Shown: one piece after another, positions 38,863 through 48,468 of the stretch
Layout of the letters: each line of letters begins with the position of its first letter
Numbering within the stretch: position 1 is the stretch's first letter
DNA from: Alphaproteobacteria bacterium
Lineage (GTDB): Bacteria > Pseudomonadota > Alphaproteobacteria > SP197
Reading direction: 5' to 3'
Assembly (NCBI GenBank): GCA_964291415.2
Contig: OZ219918.1
Span: 576,001-640,000, forward strand
DNA: 64,000 bases
The notes under the pieces: model-generated
What the model saw: the letters and a program-made list of their open reading frames with translations, nothing else
The model's database searches: none
What the model was told of the DNA's origin: nothing
Position numbers and translations under genes: made by a program

Positions 38863-39123
38863 TCAGCAGGCGCAGGGGTCGCAGTGGCAGTCGTCGCAAG
38901 CGCACCGCGGATTGCCACAGGCCCTGACGCCGAAGCCGCCGTCGCGGATGGCGCGATGGACAGCCTCCGCCTTCATGGTGGCATCGCCGGTGATGGATGC
39001 CGTTCCGTTCCCGTGATCGACCTCGGCCGACTCGACTCCCGTCTGAGACAGAACCATCGTTCTCACGGCATTCGAACAGCCCTCGCAGACCATGCCGGTG
39101 ACGTCGAATTCAAGGGTTGTCAT
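38863..39123 (-). CDS. CopZ-like heavy-metal chaperone with Cys-rich C-terminal tail
   Basis: HMA motif VTGMVCEGC; tail CGNPRCACDDCHCDPCAC; GGAGG RBS; overlaps the copA end. Confidence 0.88.
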   Translation of the reverse strand: MTTLEFDVTGMVCEGCSNAVRTMVLSQTGVESAEVDHGNGTASITGDATMKAEAVHRAIRDGGFGVRACGNPRCACDDCHCDPCAC

Positions 39124-41530
39124 CGCGGATATCCTCCAGTTGCGGGCGCCAGCCCCGCAGGATCAGTGAATTGCTGACGACGCTCACGCTCGAGAGCGCC
39201 ATGGCGAGGGCGGCCAGAGACGGACTGAGGTGCCCCAGTGCCGCCAGGGGCAGGCCGATGACATTGTAGATGAAGGCCCAGAAGAGATTCTGCCTGATCT
39301 TGCGCCAGGTCCTTCGCGAGATGTCGATGGCGGCGGCCACCAGCCGGGGATCCGGACGCATGAGCGTGATGGCCGCCGTCTCCATGGCGACGTCCGTGCC
39401 CGACCCCATGGCCATGCCGACGGTGGCCCGGGCGAGGGCCGGCGCATCGTTGATGCCGTCCCCCACCATGCCGACCTTCCGGCCATCCTCCATGAGTTCG
39501 CCGATCAGGGCGACCTTGTCTTCCGGACGCACACGGCTGCGGAATTCGTCGATTCCCGTAGCGGCGGCGACACGCCGCGTGGCAGCCGGGGTGTCGCCCG
39601 ATGCAAGAAACGGCGTGATCCCCAGTCGCTTGAGGGCGTCGACGGCTGCGCCGGCACCGGGCCGCTGTGCATCGTCGACGACGAACCGGGCCAGCCAGGC
39701 ATCTCCGTCGTCGCGGCGGGCGCCGAGCCACACTCCGTCTTCATCGTCGGCGTCGACGGGGTCGGGTGCGGTGAAGCCGAGGGTATCGAACAGGCGTCGG
39801 TTTCCCGCGACATAGAGGGTGCCGTCCACGACGCCCTCCACGCCCAGGGCCACCCGGCTGGAAAAGTCACGCACCGGCTGCAGAGGGAGCCCGCGTTCCT
39901 CGGCAGCGGCGCGGAACGCTTCGGCGACCGGGTGTTCGCTTCCCTGCTGCAGGGAGGCCATGATCGCCAGGGCCGCGTCTTCATCGAGGTCGTCGCAGAG
40001 CAGCCGGACGGATCCCAGACTCGGCGTTCCGGAGGTGAGCGTGCCGGTCTTGTCGAGCACCATGTGCGTCAGCCCGTGTGCCTGCTCCAGGGCCTCGACA
40101 TCCTTGATGAGGATGCCGCCGCGCGTTGCCGCACCGGATCCGGTCATGATGGCCGTCGGTGTCGCCAGTCCCAGGGCGCATGGGCAGGCGATGACGAGGA
40201 CCGATACCGCATTGACGATGGCGACCTCGACACCGGCTCCCGCAGCAAGCCAGCCCAGAAAGGTGACGACCGCAATGGCGACCACGACGGGTACGAAGAC
40301 CCCGCATACCCTGTCCGCCAGGCGCTGAACGGCCGGCTTGCCGGCCTGGGCGTTCTCGACCAGGCGGATCATCCGGGCCAGGGTTGAATCGGCGCCGGTG
40401 GCCCGGGCCTCGATGGTCAGCAGGCCATCGATGTTGAGGGACCCGGCGACCACCGGGTCACCCTCGCGCCGGGAAACGGGCACGCTTTCACCGGTGACCA
40501 GCGATTCGTCCACCTCCGCCACGCCGCGCGTGACGATGCCGTCGGCAGCGACCTGCATGCCGGCGCGGCAGACGAGGCTGTCCCCCACCCTGATATCGCG
40601 CAGGGGCTTTTCGTGAACCGTGCCGTCTTCGGCTTCGACGAGAGCGGTTCGGGGCCTCAAAGCCAGCAGTTTCCTGATGGCCTGCGCCGCACCGCGCCGT
40701 GCCCTCATCTCCAGCTGCTTGCCGACGAGGACCAGGGTGATGATGATGGCCGAGGCCTCGAAATAGAGATGCCCGGACGCGGCATCGCCCAGCGTCGCGT
40801 ACTGGTACCAGCTGAAGAAGTAGGCGGCCGTGGTTCCCGTCACCACCAGCACCTCCATGTTCGCGCCGCCGCCACGCAGGGCGTTGAGGGCGCCACGATA
40901 GAACCGGGCGCCAATCACGAACTGCAGTGGCGTGGCGAGAAGGGCCTCGACGAGAGGAGGCATGGCCCAGCCCGTTGTCAGGACCTGGTGTGCCGCCATC
41001 TGCACGACAAACGGAGCGGAAAGCAGGACGGCTGCGCCGATGGCCAGGTACTGCCTGAGATCACGCCGGTCCTCGACCGCTTCTTCATCGCTGGAGGAAA
41101 GGACGCATCCGGCCTCCCTGGCGCGCTCCTCGAGGGTCTCGTCGCTCACGGCCAGGGCGTAGCGCTCCACCTCGATCAGTTCGCGCTCGTCGTCGATCGT
41201 CGCGGCCACGACGCCGGGCGTTCCCTCGAGCGTTTCCCGGATCACTCCGGCGGCGGCCCCGTCTGATGCCCCGGAAACGCGATAGGCCCGTGTTTCCTTC
41301 CGCGCATCAAACCCGGCCCGGCGCACCACCTGGATCACCGAATCAAGGGAGGTTCCGTCATCGATATCGACAGTGGCCCGTTCCGTGGCCAGGTTGACGG
41401 CGGCGGTGGCGATACCCGATGCCGCCGACAGCATCCGCTCCAGGCGGGTCGAACAGGCGCTGCAGGTCATGCCGTCGATGAGCAGCTGGTAGCGGTGTGT
41501 CCCGGTTCCGGCAAGCGACGGCGTTGTCAT
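39110..41530 (-). CDS. copA: Cu(I)-translocating P1B-type ATPase
   Basis: GMTCSAC, TGES, CPCALGLATP, DKTGT, SEHP, GDGINDAP, YN, MALSS. Confidence 0.95.
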   Translation of the reverse strand: MTTPSLAGTGTHRYQLLIDGMTCSACSTRLERMLSAASGIATAAVNLATERATVDIDDGTSLDSVIQVVRRAGFDARKETRAYRVSGASDGAAAGVIRETLEGTPGVVAATIDDERELIEVERYALAVSDETLEERAREAGCVLSSSDEEAVEDRRDLRQYLAIGAAVLLSAPFVVQMAAHQVLTTGWAMPPLVEALLATPLQFVIGARFYRGALNALRGGGANMEVLVVTGTTAAYFFSWYQYATLGDAASGHLYFEASAIIITLVLVGKQLEMRARRGAAQAIRKLLALRPRTALVEAEDGTVHEKPLRDIRVGDSLVCRAGMQVAADGIVTRGVAEVDESLVTGESVPVSRREGDPVVAGSLNIDGLLTIEARATGADSTLARMIRLVENAQAGKPAVQRLADRVCGVFVPVVVAIAVVTFLGWLAAGAGVEVAIVNAVSVLVIACPCALGLATPTAIMTGSGAATRGGILIKDVEALEQAHGLTHMVLDKTGTLTSGTPSLGSVRLLCDDLDEDAALAIMASLQQGSEHPVAEAFRAAAEERGLPLQPVRDFSSRVALGVEGVVDGTLYVAGNRRLFDTLGFTAPDPVDADDEDGVWLGARRDDGDAWLARFVVDDAQRPGAGAAVDALKRLGITPFLASGDTPAATRRVAAATGIDEFRSRVRPEDKVALIGELMEDGRKVGMVGDGINDAPALARATVGMAMGSGTDVAMETAAITLMRPDPRLVAAAIDISRRTWRKIRQNLFWAFIYNVIGLPLAALGHLSPSLAALAMALSSVSVVSNSLILRGWRPQLEDIRDDNP

Positions 41531-42975
41531 GGCGACGCATCGGCGTTGATGGCCTTGTCGCGCCACGGCGACGGCGGCGCATTGGTGTTCCGCAACCAGT
41601 GGGGCAGGCGCTGGTTGCCAAACAGGCTGTCGAGGGTCTCGCGCTGGCGCACCACCGCGGCCTCGCTTCCCCGCACCATCACCGTTGCCGGCCGCGGCAC
41701 CCAGTTCAGCTGGTGGGAATCGGACTCGGCGTACATGCCGGCATCAAGAATGGCGATCGCATCGTCCCGCGACAACGCAGGAAGCGAGCAGTTCTCGCCG
41801 AGGACGGACGGAATGCAGATCGGACCGACGACATCGGCGCACCAGGCCATCGGCCGGTGCATCGACGAGGCGGCGATGACGAGGTTGCGGGTGCCTTCCT
41901 CGCCGCCGCCGATGAGCGGCATCAGGTTGGTGCTGGCGTCGACATTGACCCAGGTCATTGCGCCGTCGTGCTTGATGGAACCCACGCGCGACAGCAGGAC
42001 ACCGGCATTGCCGGCGATGTAGCGGCCCGGTTCCAGCCACAGGGCGGGCAGGGGCAGACCGGCTTCGGAGAGCTGGCCCGCGAGTGCTCCGGCCGAGGCT
42101 TCGGCATAGTCCTCGATGTCGTGGGCATTGGGCCGCGTATCCTTCGATTCAGGATCGCGCTTGCGGGCCCAGCCGCCGCCGATGTCGATGACCGACGGCG
42201 CAAACCCCGTCTCCCTGTAGAGGAGTACAGCCAGGCGCCCGACTTCGGCATCGAAGTCGGCGCGGTGGCGCAGATTGGCGGTCATGCGTCCAAGGTGGGC
42301 ATGGTACCCGGTGAATTCAAGCTCATCGATGGCTGCGATCCGGCGGATCATGCGGGCGGCCACAGGGGGCGTGACACCCCATTTCCAGCGGGCAAGCTCC
42401 GGCCTCAGATCGCCCGAGAAGGACACGAGATCACTCTCGAATGTGGCAAAGGACTCCGGGATCACCTTGAGCCTGATGTTGACCCGCGCCCGGCGCCCGG
42501 CCGCCCGCGCCACTCCGGCCAGGCGTTCGACCTCCTCCTCGTCGTCGAGATTGATGCAGACACCGAGTTCCACCGCCCTGGCCAGGGCGGCGATGGTCTT
42601 GCTGGAACCGTTGAGAGCGATGAGCGCCGGATCGGCGCCGCCGGCAAAGGTCGCCTCGAGCTCGCCGGTGCCGAAGCAATCGCCGCCGGCGCCTTCCTGG
42701 TGCAGCACCGCCCGCACGGCAAAGTTGGGATTGCACTTGATGGCGTACATGACATTGACCGGGCCCGGCCAGGCGGACTCGAACGCCGCGCGGATGCGCC
42801 GGTAGTTGGCGCGCAGCGTGGCGTCCGAGAGAACGAAGAGCGGGGATCCGAAACGCCGGAGAAGGTCGCTGACGCTGGCCTCTTCGATGCGCAGCTCGCC
42901 CTCGGTCGAGACCGAGAGGTGATCGCTCGGGGTCAGCACCCGGTCGAGCAACTCAGCCGTCGTTTCTTCCGTCAC
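41527..42975 (-). CDS. PLP-dependent fold-III decarboxylase (LysA/ODC family, divergent)
   Basis: FGSPLFV, YAIKCN, KWG, IDIGGGW, EPGRY, VVGPIC, DAGMY. Confidence 0.85.
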   Translation of the reverse strand: MTEETTAELLDRVLTPSDHLSVSTEGELRIEEASVSDLLRRFGSPLFVLSDATLRANYRRIRAAFESAWPGPVNVMYAIKCNPNFAVRAVLHQEGAGGDCFGTGELEATFAGGADPALIALNGSSKTIAALARAVELGVCINLDDEEEVERLAGVARAAGRRARVNIRLKVIPESFATFESDLVSFSGDLRPELARWKWGVTPPVAARMIRRIAAIDELEFTGYHAHLGRMTANLRHRADFDAEVGRLAVLLYRETGFAPSVIDIGGGWARKRDPESKDTRPNAHDIEDYAEASAGALAGQLSEAGLPLPALWLEPGRYIAGNAGVLLSRVGSIKHDGAMTWVNVDASTNLMPLIGGGEEGTRNLVIAASSMHRPMAWCADVVGPICIPSVLGENCSLPALSRDDAIAILDAGMYAESDSHQLNWVPRPATVMVRGSEAAVVRQRETLDSLFGNQRLPHWLRNTNAPPSPWRDKAINADASP

Positions 42976-42999
42976 GCGTGTTCCCCTTCAAGGAGTGGG

Positions 43000-43950
43000 T
43001 CATCCCCCGGGCCCTGTCGCCGGGCCGGTGGTCCAGGCATCGGCAGCGAAGGCATTGTTGTAGAAGTCCCTCTGACGCCGGGCTCCTGCGATGGTGTTGT
43101 GCATGAGCATGGCAACCGTGACTGGACCGACGCCCCCTGGCACAGGCGTGATCCAGCCTGCCACCTCGCGGCAGCTCTCGAGATCGCAGTCGCCCACCAC
43201 ACGGGCACTGCCATCCGCATCTGTCACCGGGTTGATGCCGATATCGATGACGCAGGCGCCTGGCTTGATCATGTTGCCTGTCACCAGGCCAGGCCTGCCG
43301 ACGGCCACGAACACGGCGTCCGCCTGGCGGCTGTGCACCGCGAGATTGCGGGTCTGGTGATGGCACACGGTGACCGTGGCGCCCTCGGCCATCAACAGGA
43401 AGGCGATCGGCTTGCCGACGATGTCGGAATGGCCGATGACCACGACCTCGAGGCCGGTGAGATTGAGACCCGTCGTCTTGAGGATGTGGACTGACGCCAT
43501 CGCCGTGCAGGGACCGAGGTCGAGCTCGTTGTAGACGATGTTGCCGACGGATGCCGGATGCAGGCCCTCCACGTCCTTGAGCGGGTGGATGGCGCTCTGC
43601 AGCCTCTTGATGTTGATCTGCGGCGGCACCGGACGCTGCACGATGATGCCGGTGACCCGGGGGTCGGCGTTCATGGCCTGGACGGCTGCCAGCATTTCCG
43701 CTTCGCTGATGTCTTCCGCAAAGTGGCGCTCCTCGAAGGCGATGCCGAGTCGTTCGGCTGTCCGCTTCTGGTTGCGCACGTAGATGGCCACGGCGTCCGC
43801 ATCGCCGATCACCACGGAGACAAGGCGCGGCGCCCAGCCCCGTTCCGTCAGTTCGTCGACGGCCCTGCGTGTCTTTTCGTGGAGTCCAGCGGCGATCCTG
43901 CGGCCGTCAAGTTCCTTGTGTTTCCACTGGAATTCATCGGTCACGGACAC
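43000..43950 (-). CDS. folD: Bifunctional methylene-THF dehydrogenase/cyclohydrolase
   Basis: YVRNQ, KDVEG, PCTA, VVIGHSDIVGKP, VIDIGIN, TPVPGGVGPVT (alternative GTG start at 43944). Confidence 0.94.
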   Translation of the reverse strand: MSVTDEFQWKHKELDGRRIAAGLHEKTRRAVDELTERGWAPRLVSVVIGDADAVAIYVRNQKRTAERLGIAFEERHFAEDISEAEMLAAVQAMNADPRVTGIIVQRPVPPQINIKRLQSAIHPLKDVEGLHPASVGNIVYNELDLGPCTAMASVHILKTTGLNLTGLEVVVIGHSDIVGKPIAFLLMAEGATVTVCHHQTRNLAVHSRQADAVFVAVGRPGLVTGNMIKPGACVIDIGINPVTDADGSARVVGDCDLESCREVAGWITPVPGGVGPVTVAMLMHNTIAGARRQRDFYNNAFAADAWTTGPATGPGG

Positions 43951-43966
43951 CCTCTCCCCGGGTTGC

Positions 43967-44966
43967 CTACTCGATCCTGGCGAAGGGGGAAGGATCGTCC
44001 GCCAGCGTTCCCATCCAGGCGATCACGGCAGCGCGCTCCTCCTCGTCGGCGATGCCGCGGAAGCCCATCTTGCCGCCGGGCACGTCCATGCGGGGATTTT
44101 CTAGGTAGGTCCACAACCGCCGCCACGTCCAGGTTCCGCTCTCGGCGTCCAGCGCATCGGAATAGGTGAATCCCTCCACGCTGGCGATGTCGCGGTCCAC
44201 CATGTTCCAGAGATTGGGACCGACGCGGTTGGCGCCGCCCGGTCCGAACGTGTGGCAGGCCCGGCACGCGCGGGCGATGTCGCCCGCCGTCCTCGGCGGA
44301 GGCCCCGGTGATCATGGCGAGAACAGGATCGGCCGCCCCGGACTCGACATGCTGACCGTCCTCATCCGCCGGTTCCAGCATTGTCGTGTCGTCCATCGAT
44401 GCATCGTCCCCTGCCGCTTCGGGCAGGGCGAGCGGCGCATCGCTCTGGGTGTTGAGCCAGGCGATGAGGTCGGCGCGGTCCTCGTCATCGGAGATGCCCT
44501 TGAACACCATCTTGTTCCCGGGTGCGTAGCCCTTGGGGTCGGTGATGTAGAGGCTCAGCTCCTCGAAGGTCCAGGTTCCGCCCAGGCCGGCGATGACATC
44601 GGAATAGTTGAAGGTGTCCCTGGCTCCCCGCGGGGCGCCGACCACACCGTAGAGATTGGGGCCCTGTCCATCCCGGCCGCCCGCCTCGACGCTGTGGCAA
44701 CTCTTGCACTTGCGGAACTGCTTTTCGCCGTTGGCCAGATCCGCACTGGCCAGCAGGGTGGCGATCGGCACCACGACAGCCGCAACCTCGACTGCCGGTG
44801 TCTCGTCGATCATTTCGGCGTCAGCCATCATGTCATCGGCGTGCTCAGGCGCCGCATGCTCCACGGCCGGGCCGTAGAGGGTGTTGGCCAGTTTGCCGAT
44901 GCCAAACGCGAGCAGGAGGCCGACCAGCAGGCCGGCGGCAATCTTGTTGAACTCCAGAGCATCCAT
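43967..44966 (-). pseudogene. Membrane-anchored cytochrome c (CycM-like) with a second heme domain separated by a frameshift
   Basis: MDALEFNKIA TM anchor, CKSCH...PGNKM; second domain CRACH...PGGKM in another frame. The span is 1000 nt (333 codons + 1); shift at about 44283-44285. Could be a sequencing error. Confidence 0.8.
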
Positions 44967-45167
44967 GCGCACCGGCCCCGAAAAAGAGTGGTCCCGGTTG
45001 AGGGAAGAGTGCCTAAGGTGAGGCGTGGCGGAGATTAGCCAAGTCGCGTCGGCGTTCAAGCCCCTTCTCGACGGCCAGCCACGACCCGATTGTCGCCGGG
45101 GCGTCGCCCGAATAGTCTCGACACATGATGGAAGACGGCATCTTCTGGGCCGGAGGAGGGCGAGGCC

Positions 45168-45788
45168 ATGGTTGGAATCCGCAGCGTGGACGTTCCCGGA
45201 TACTCGAACGGCTGGATTGCCGCCGACAGCGGCCAGTACGTCCGCGTCGTCGATGTCGAGGGATGCCAGGTGGGTGACCTCTTCGCCGTCAGCCGGGCCG
45301 ATCACGACGAGTTCATGAGCCCGTCGGTCACCCGGCTTCACAACGGCAATCTCTTTCCCGAAACGGGCCAGTGCTTCTTCACCAACCGCGATCGTCCGGC
45401 CTTCACGTTCATCGCCGACGCGTCGCCGGGGTGCCACGACATGCTCTATGCCTCGTGCAACCGGGACTGGTACGCCGGCAGAGGGCTGGCCGATCACCCG
45501 AACTGCCGAGACAACTACTTCGAGGCGGCGCGCGACGCGGGGATCGGGCATGTCCTGCAACCCGATCCGGTCAACCTGTTCCAGAACACGCCCCCCGGAC
45601 CGGACGGACGGTTCGTCATCGGCGACACCCTGAGCGCGGCCGGCGACAGCGTCACGCTGAGGGCCGAAATCGACTGTATCGTCATCCTCACGGCCTGTTC
45701 GTCGGAGCGCATTGTCGGAGGGCGCTCCACGCCTCTTCGCGTCGAGGTCCATGAGGGCTGTCCGGAGCAGGCATCGGCCGCCGGCTGA
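45168..45788 (+). CDS. DUF1989 / urea carboxylase-associated family protein
   Basis: GQYVRVVDVEG.QVGD, HDMLYASC, HPNCRDN, PVNLFQN, GDSVTLRAE, TACS. Confidence 0.88.
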   Translation: MVGIRSVDVPGYSNGWIAADSGQYVRVVDVEGCQVGDLFAVSRADHDEFMSPSVTRLHNGNLFPETGQCFFTNRDRPAFTFIADASPGCHDMLYASCNRDWYAGRGLADHPNCRDNYFEAARDAGIGHVLQPDPVNLFQNTPPGPDGRFVIGDTLSAAGDSVTLRAEIDCIVILTACSSERIVGGRSTPLRVEVHEGCPEQASAAG

Positions 45789-45791
45789 CCG

Positions 45792-46553
45792 TTGTCGACG
45801 ATCATCGTCATTCCGGCGCGCATGGCGTCCACCAGGTTGCCGGGGAAACCCCTGGCGTCTGTCGGTGGCGTGCCGATGATCGTCCAGGTGTGGCGGCGCG
45901 CCGTCGAGGCCGACATCGGACGTGTCGTCGTGGCCGCTGCCGACCGCGTCATTGCCGACGCCGTGGAAGAGGCGGGCGGAGAGGCGGTCATGACGGATCC
46001 GGATCTCAGGTCGGGGTCGGATCGCGTCCACCAGGCTCTGGCCCGCATCGACCGGGCGGACGCAATCGACGTCGTGGTCAATCTGCAGGGGGACCTGCCG
46101 ACCCTGCTGCCGCGCGATCTCGGCCGGGTTGTCACCACGCTCACCGGGAGCGGCGCCGACATGGCCACTCTCGCCGCACCGACGACGGACGAGGACGAGG
46201 CCCGTGACCCCGATGTCGTCAAGATGGTGGTGGCCTGGGATGACGGGGAAGAGACGGGGAGGGCCTTGTGTTTCACGAGGGCCCGCGCCCCGTGGGGCGA
46301 GGGACCCCTGTGGCACCATGTCGGCATCTACGCCTTCCGCCGGGAGGCGCTCGAACTCTTCGTCTCGTTGCCGGCCAGCCCCCTGGAGCTGCGGGAGCGT
46401 CTGGAACAGATGCGCGCCCTTGAGGCCGGCATGAGCATCGCCGTGGGCCGCGTTGACAGTGTTCCGGTCGGTGTCGATACTCCCCGGGACCTTGAGCGGG
46501 CACGATCCTTCCTTGCGCTGAAGGATCGTGCCAGTCCCCGATCCACGCCATGA
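45792..46553 (+). CDS. kdsB: 3-deoxy-manno-octulosonate cytidylyltransferase
   Basis: IPARMASTRLPGKPL, SGSDR, NLQGD, HVGIYAF, LEQMRALE, VDTP.DL. Confidence 0.96.
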   Translation: MSTIIVIPARMASTRLPGKPLASVGGVPMIVQVWRRAVEADIGRVVVAAADRVIADAVEEAGGEAVMTDPDLRSGSDRVHQALARIDRADAIDVVVNLQGDLPTLLPRDLGRVVTTLTGSGADMATLAAPTTDEDEARDPDVVKMVVAWDDGEETGRALCFTRARAPWGEGPLWHHVGIYAFRREALELFVSLPASPLELRERLEQMRALEAGMSIAVGRVDSVPVGVDTPRDLERARSFLALKDRASPRSTP

Positions 46554-47428
46554 CCGCCAGCGACAACACCATCGCCTTCCAGGGCAAGCCCGGTGCCTAT
46601 TCGCACCTTGCCTGCCAGGAGGCCTTTCCATCCATGACAACCCTGCCGTGCGCCTCCTTCGAGGATGTCTTCCAGGCGGTGGAAGACGGCCATGCGCGTC
46701 TGGCCATGCTGCCGATCGAGAACTCCGTCGCCGGCCGGGTCGCCGATGTCCACCACCTGATGCCGCTCTCGTCCCTGCAGATCGTCGGAGAGCATTTCCA
46801 CAAGGTGAACCACAGCCTTCTGGGCGTGCCCGGCGCCGGGGTGAAGGATCTTGCCGTCGTTCACTCCCATATCCAGGCGCTTGGTCAGTGCCGCCGGGCC
46901 CTGCGGCGCCTTGGAGTCGAACCGGCCTCCCATGCCGATACCGCCGGTGCCGCCCATGACATTGCCGACTGGGGCGATCCGGCCCATGGCGCCATCGCGT
47001 CGGAACTGGCCGCCCGCATCTACGGTCTCGACATCCTGGAGCGCGACCTTGAGGACGCGGACCACAATCACACCCGGTTCCTCATCCTGTCGCGGACCGT
47101 CCCCCTCCCTGAACCAGGCAGCGACTCCCTCATCACCAGCATGATCTTCCGCGTGCGCAGCGTTCCCGCGGCGCTCTACAAGGCACTGGGAGGCTTTGCC
47201 ACCAACGGCGTCAACCTGACGAAGATCGAGAGCTACATGACCGATGGAACCTTCAGCGCCGCCCAGTTCCATGTCGACGCCGAAGGTCATCCCGATGAAC
47301 GCCCGATGCGTCTCGCCCTGGAGGAACTGGGGTTCTTCGCGCTTGAGGTGAGGATTCTCGGGACCTACGAGGCGCACCCCTACAGGGATGCCATGCACAA
47401 AGTCGCCGACGACCGGGAGTCCGACTGA
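46550..47428 (+). CDS. pheA: Prephenate dehydratase
   Basis: FQGKPGAYS, PIENS, HSHIQALGQC, NHTRF, ACT domain NLTKIESY. Confidence 0.95.
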   Translation: MTASDNTIAFQGKPGAYSHLACQEAFPSMTTLPCASFEDVFQAVEDGHARLAMLPIENSVAGRVADVHHLMPLSSLQIVGEHFHKVNHSLLGVPGAGVKDLAVVHSHIQALGQCRRALRRLGVEPASHADTAGAAHDIADWGDPAHGAIASELAARIYGLDILERDLEDADHNHTRFLILSRTVPLPEPGSDSLITSMIFRVRSVPAALYKALGGFATNGVNLTKIESYMTDGTFSAAQFHVDAEGHPDERPMRLALEELGFFALEVRILGTYEAHPYRDAMHKVADDRESD

Positions 47429-47632
47429 CGACGGCAGCGCGCCCGGGCACCCTGGCGAAGGGTCATTGGCCCTCTCCTTCCTCCCCGTCGAGACCTTCCA
47501 CCGCCAACCGGATTGGCGCACATCATGCATGCGTCCCGTTCAGGCGTCCGCGATCATGCCTTCTCCCATGGCGTTCCCCTTGTCGCATCCTGATCGCAAT
47601 GATAGGCCCGCCCGATCACGGGAGTGACGGTC

Positions 47633-48382
47633 ATGACCTCGGAGCAATCCTGGAACGCCCAGGTGTATCAGGCCAACGCCGGTTTCGTGCCGGTTCTGGG
47701 GCGTCCCGTGCTGGCGCTCCTCGCGCCGGGGCCGGGTGAGCGCGTTCTGGACCTCGGCTGCGGCGATGGCGCGCTGACCCGGGAGATCGTCGAGGCAGGC
47801 TGCGAGGTGGTGGGCGTCGACCATTCGCAGGCGATGGTCGCGGCGGCCTGCGACCGCGGCATCGACGCCCGCCTGATGGACGCCGCCGCACTCGCCTTCG
47901 AGGACGAGTTCGACGCGGTGTTCTCGAACGCCGTCCTGCACTGGGTCAGAGATGCCGACGCCGCTATCGCCGGCGTCGCCCGTGCGCTGAAGCGGGGCGG
48001 ACGTTTCGTGGGCGAGTTCGGCGGGCACGGAAACATGGCCGCGGTCGTCACGGCGCTCGCCGCCGTGCTGGCCCGGCGCGGCGTCGACATCGCGCCCGTC
48101 AATCCGTGGTTCTATCCCACGCCGGACGACTACCGCGACCGGCTCGAGAAGGCCGGGTTCTCGGTCGACAGCATCGAGCTCATCCCGCGCCCGACCCCGC
48201 TTCCGACAGGCATGAAAGGCTGGCTCGGGACCTTTGCCGGACCGTTCTACGCGGCCCTGCCGGAAGGAGAACGCCGGGCGGCCCGCGACGAGACCCTCGA
48301 CCTCCTGCGCCACAGTCTGTGCGACAGCCATGGTAACTGGACGGCCGACTACGTCCGTCTGCGCTTCGCGGCGCGCCTGTAG
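47633..48382 (+). CDS. Class I SAM-dependent methyltransferase
   Basis: VLDLGCGDG, FDAVFSNAVLHW, EFGGHGN, ADYVRLRF. Confidence 0.9.
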   Translation: MTSEQSWNAQVYQANAGFVPVLGRPVLALLAPGPGERVLDLGCGDGALTREIVEAGCEVVGVDHSQAMVAAACDRGIDARLMDAAALAFEDEFDAVFSNAVLHWVRDADAAIAGVARALKRGGRFVGEFGGHGNMAAVVTALAAVLARRGVDIAPVNPWFYPTPDDYRDRLEKAGFSVDSIELIPRPTPLPTGMKGWLGTFAGPFYAALPEGERRAARDETLDLLRHSLCDSHGNWTADYVRLRFAARL

Positions 48383-48468
48383 GACCGCCCGGCTCCGCGC
48401 TGAGTTTCCCGGAGGTGGCCACGAAACGGGGCAGCGTGCTCACGGTCGATTGCGGCCGTCCGGCAACG

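Noticed and set aside
41527-42975. Assigning the symbol lysA
   Set aside because: Substrate-binding motifs diverge from DAP decarboxylase.
43941-46640. 899-aa - strand ORF
   Set aside because: Only about 44966-44285 is real (cytochrome c). The rest is antisense to DUF1989/kdsB or post-frameshift read-through.
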